DNA of 64,000 bases, taken from the NCBI RefSeq assembly GCF_003334335.1, contig NZ_QOWQ01000014.1; one strand, 5' to 3'. The stretch comes from Escherichia coli. GTDB lineage: Bacteria > Pseudomonadota > Gammaproteobacteria > Enterobacterales > Enterobacteriaceae. Every line of letters begins with the position of its first letter. The stretch's first letter is position 1. Shown in pieces: positions 61,869-64,000 of this stretch. The position numbers and the translations under genes were made by a program. The notes under the pieces were generated by a model. It saw only the letters and a list, made by a program, of their open reading frames with translations, had not been told where the DNA came from and ran no database searches.

Positions 61869-63887
61869 TTAGACGGCAATAGCGATTAGCAGCACAACCA
61901 GTGCGGCGACCACATACAGGCAATAGAGACGAAAGTCGCCGCTTTGCAGATGCTGTATTTCTTTGGCCAGCCGTTGGGTGGCGCTCACGATGGGGCGGAT
62001 CACCCGCTCATCCCAGAAGGGTTCTGTGCTCTGAGCCCTGGCGGTGACGTGCGCAAGACCTTTATTTAGCCTCAGCGTAGGGTCGAGCTGTTGTCGTAGA
62101 CGAAATAGCGCAGAAAAGACCACACGCAGCGGCTGCATCACGCCATTGCCTGACGGGGCCATCGCATTTTCCCAGCCGTAGCCGCATGCCCAGGCATCTC
62201 CTGTGCGACGAAACGCTGCGCGGCGCGAACGACACCACAGCCAGTAAAGGCCAGGCAGCAAAGGCATCGCCAGTAGTAACAGCAACAGTAATGAGGGGGT
62301 GACCTGTGTATGAAACGTGCCGGGTACAAGTGCTATTCCGCTGGCGACAGTGGTGGGAGGGGTATTGGTAAACGCATGGGCAATATGCATTATCTTCGGT
62401 GCCAGCCAACTGGCACTAAGCGCAATTAATACGCAGAGTGCCGCGAGCAGTAGCATGGCGACGATCATCGTATTTGGCACTTCCTGTGCCTCTTCAGCGT
62501 GTGTACTGCGCGGCGCACCACAGAAAGTAATACCGTACATTTTTACGAAGCACATTACTGCCAGCCCACCAGTGACTGCCAGCATTACCATAGCAATAGG
62601 ACCCGCAAGTTGTAGCGCTACGGCTTCCACACGACTTAGTGAGAACAGCGACTGCCAGGTGTACCATTCGCTGATAAAACCATTCAGCGGAGGAATGGCT
62701 GATATCGCGAGGCAACCAATCAGGCATGCTGCGGCTGTCCACGGCATCCGTTTCGCTAGTGCCCCCATTTTTTCCATGTCGTGGGTATGCAAACGCGAAA
62801 TAATCGCTCCCGCGCCGAGAAATAGCAGCCCTTTGAACAGCGCATGGTTGAGCAGATGAAACAGTGCGCCGAGCAGTCCAACCACGGTGAGCAGCGGGTC
62901 GTGCAGTGACAGACCGACCATCGCCACACCGACTGCCAGCAAAATAATGCCGACGTTTTCGACGGTACTCCAGGCCAGCAGCCGTTTGATATCCTGTTCC
63001 GCCAGCGCATATAGCACGCCCAGGAGCGCGGAGATTGCGCCGATCGCCATCACCAGAATGCCCCACCACAGAGGCAAACCCGTTTGCGCCAGCAGATCCA
63101 TCGCTACTTTCAGGATGCCGAAAATACCTATTTTGACCATTACGCCAGACATCAACGCCGAAGCGTGCGATGGTGCGGCAGGGTGAGCGCGCGGCAACCA
63201 GCTGTGCAACGGCATCATCCCGGCTTTCGCGCCAAAACCGAAAAAGGCCAGCAGGAACACCGCCGACGCCAGCCCCGGAGAAAGTGAAAGCGTGCGGAAA
63301 CTGGCAAAATCGAGGCTGCCGCTTTCGCGCCCCATCAGCAAGAAGGCGATCATTATCAGCACCGATCCGGCGTGGGCGATAAAAAAGTAGAGCATGCCAG
63401 CGTTGATCGACGTTTTATCCTGCCTGGCAATGACCAGAAACCAGGAAGACAGCGACATCATTTCAAACAGCACGATGAACCAAAAAGCGTTGTCCATCAC
63501 CAGCAGGGCAACCATCGATGCGATGAAAATATTCATAAAGAAGCCCATCGCCGCCGCGCCTTTGCCCTCGTATTCGCGCATATAAGTCAATGAATAGAGA
63601 GAACAAACCACCACCAGCAAGGAGATAACCAGCACCATAAATGCCGAGAGGCTATCCATTCGCAGGGTTAAATCGGCAAATTCAAAAGGGGTGGCAAAAC
63701 GGGCGACTAAAGTTACACCAGCATGTAATTGCGTAATTCCGCTGATGATGCCAATCACGCCGCCCACCAGCGATGTGATGCCGGAAAGCTTAATAGCCAG
63801 TCTGTCCAGACCGAGTAAAAACAGCGAAGCCAGACTAGCAAACAGATAGAGAATCAGCGACCAGGTTAATAATTGCAGGGCATCCAT
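61869..63887 (-). CDS. hyfB: Hydrogenase-4 membrane subunit HyfB (NuoL-like)
   Basis: ORF 61869..63926. Start trimmed to MDALQLLTWSLILYLFASL... for 672 aa. Confidence 0.9.
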   Translation of the reverse strand: MDALQLLTWSLILYLFASLASLFLLGLDRLAIKLSGITSLVGGVIGIISGITQLHAGVTLVARFATPFEFADLTLRMDSLSAFMVLVISLLVVVCSLYSLTYMREYEGKGAAAMGFFMNIFIASMVALLVMDNAFWFIVLFEMMSLSSWFLVIARQDKTSINAGMLYFFIAHAGSVLIMIAFLLMGRESGSLDFASFRTLSLSPGLASAVFLLAFFGFGAKAGMMPLHSWLPRAHPAAPSHASALMSGVMVKIGIFGILKVAMDLLAQTGLPLWWGILVMAIGAISALLGVLYALAEQDIKRLLAWSTVENVGIILLAVGVAMVGLSLHDPLLTVVGLLGALFHLLNHALFKGLLFLGAGAIISRLHTHDMEKMGALAKRMPWTAAACLIGCLAISAIPPLNGFISEWYTWQSLFSLSRVEAVALQLAGPIAMVMLAVTGGLAVMCFVKMYGITFCGAPRSTHAEEAQEVPNTMIVAMLLLAALCVLIALSASWLAPKIMHIAHAFTNTPPTTVASGIALVPGTFHTQVTPSLLLLLLLAMPLLPGLYWLWCRSRRAAFRRTGDAWACGYGWENAMAPSGNGVMQPLRVVFSALFRLRQQLDPTLRLNKGLAHVTARAQSTEPFWDERVIRPIVSATQRLAKEIQHLQSGDFRLYCLYVVAALVVLLIAIAV

Positions 63888-63951
63888 TAGCGTTGCTCCT
63901 GAGTGAGGGAAAGGGGATCCTCCCATAAGCGCTAACTTAAGGGTTGTGGTA

Positions 63952-64000
63952 TTACGCCTGATATGATTTAACGTGCCGATGAATTACTCTCACGATAACT
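63952..64000 (-). CDS. hyfA: Probable 3' end of hyfA (hydrogenase-4 ferredoxin-type subunit), last ~15 codons; gene runs off the right window edge
   Basis: Minus-strand frame reads ...VIVRVIHRHVKSYQA then stop at 63952..63954, directly upstream of hyfB. Assignment by position only. Confidence 0.4.
   Translation of the reverse strand, partial: VIVRVIHRHVKSYQA

Overview
This window reads as a contiguous, syntenic stretch of Escherichia coli K-12-like core chromosome, in reverse-complement orientation relative to the usual reference. Gene identities come from my recognition of the translated ORFs, not from any database search. Gene order: csiE (partial) - yfhR - suhB - trmJ - iscRSUA-hscBA-fdx-iscX - pepB - sseB - ryfA-like small-RNA locus - sseA - yfhM-pbpC - ndk - rlmN - rodZ - ispG - hisS - yfgM - bamB - der - yfgJ - xseA - guaBA - yfgI/yfgH/yfgG - pdeF - ppx-ppk - purNM - upp-uraA - hda - yfgD - bepA - perM - focB - hyfRJIHGFEDCB - hyfA (partial). 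I found no CRISPR array, no transposase, integrase or phage genes, no tRNA or rRNA, and no unexplained multi-gene protein-coding island. Every long ORF outside the listed genes is an antisense shadow of a known gene or spans REP repeats. The best candidate for under-described biology is the 817-bp sseB-sseA intergenic region. It holds a terminator-bounded minus-strand transcript with a 45-codon hydrophobic small ORF (RyfA/TimP-like type I toxin candidate), followed by two tandem, diverged ~194-bp small-RNA-like modules that share a 22-nt box complementary to the start of that transcript. Secondary points are an AT-rich islet of three poorly characterised envelope genes (yfgG/H/I) beside pdeF with a perfect FNR box, a tandemly duplicated 91-bp REP unit upstream of iscR, and recoverable operator sites for IscR and PurR. 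Where the six-frame ORF starts upstream of the known N-terminus, I trimmed the start to the internal codon that matches it; these trimmed starts are inferences.
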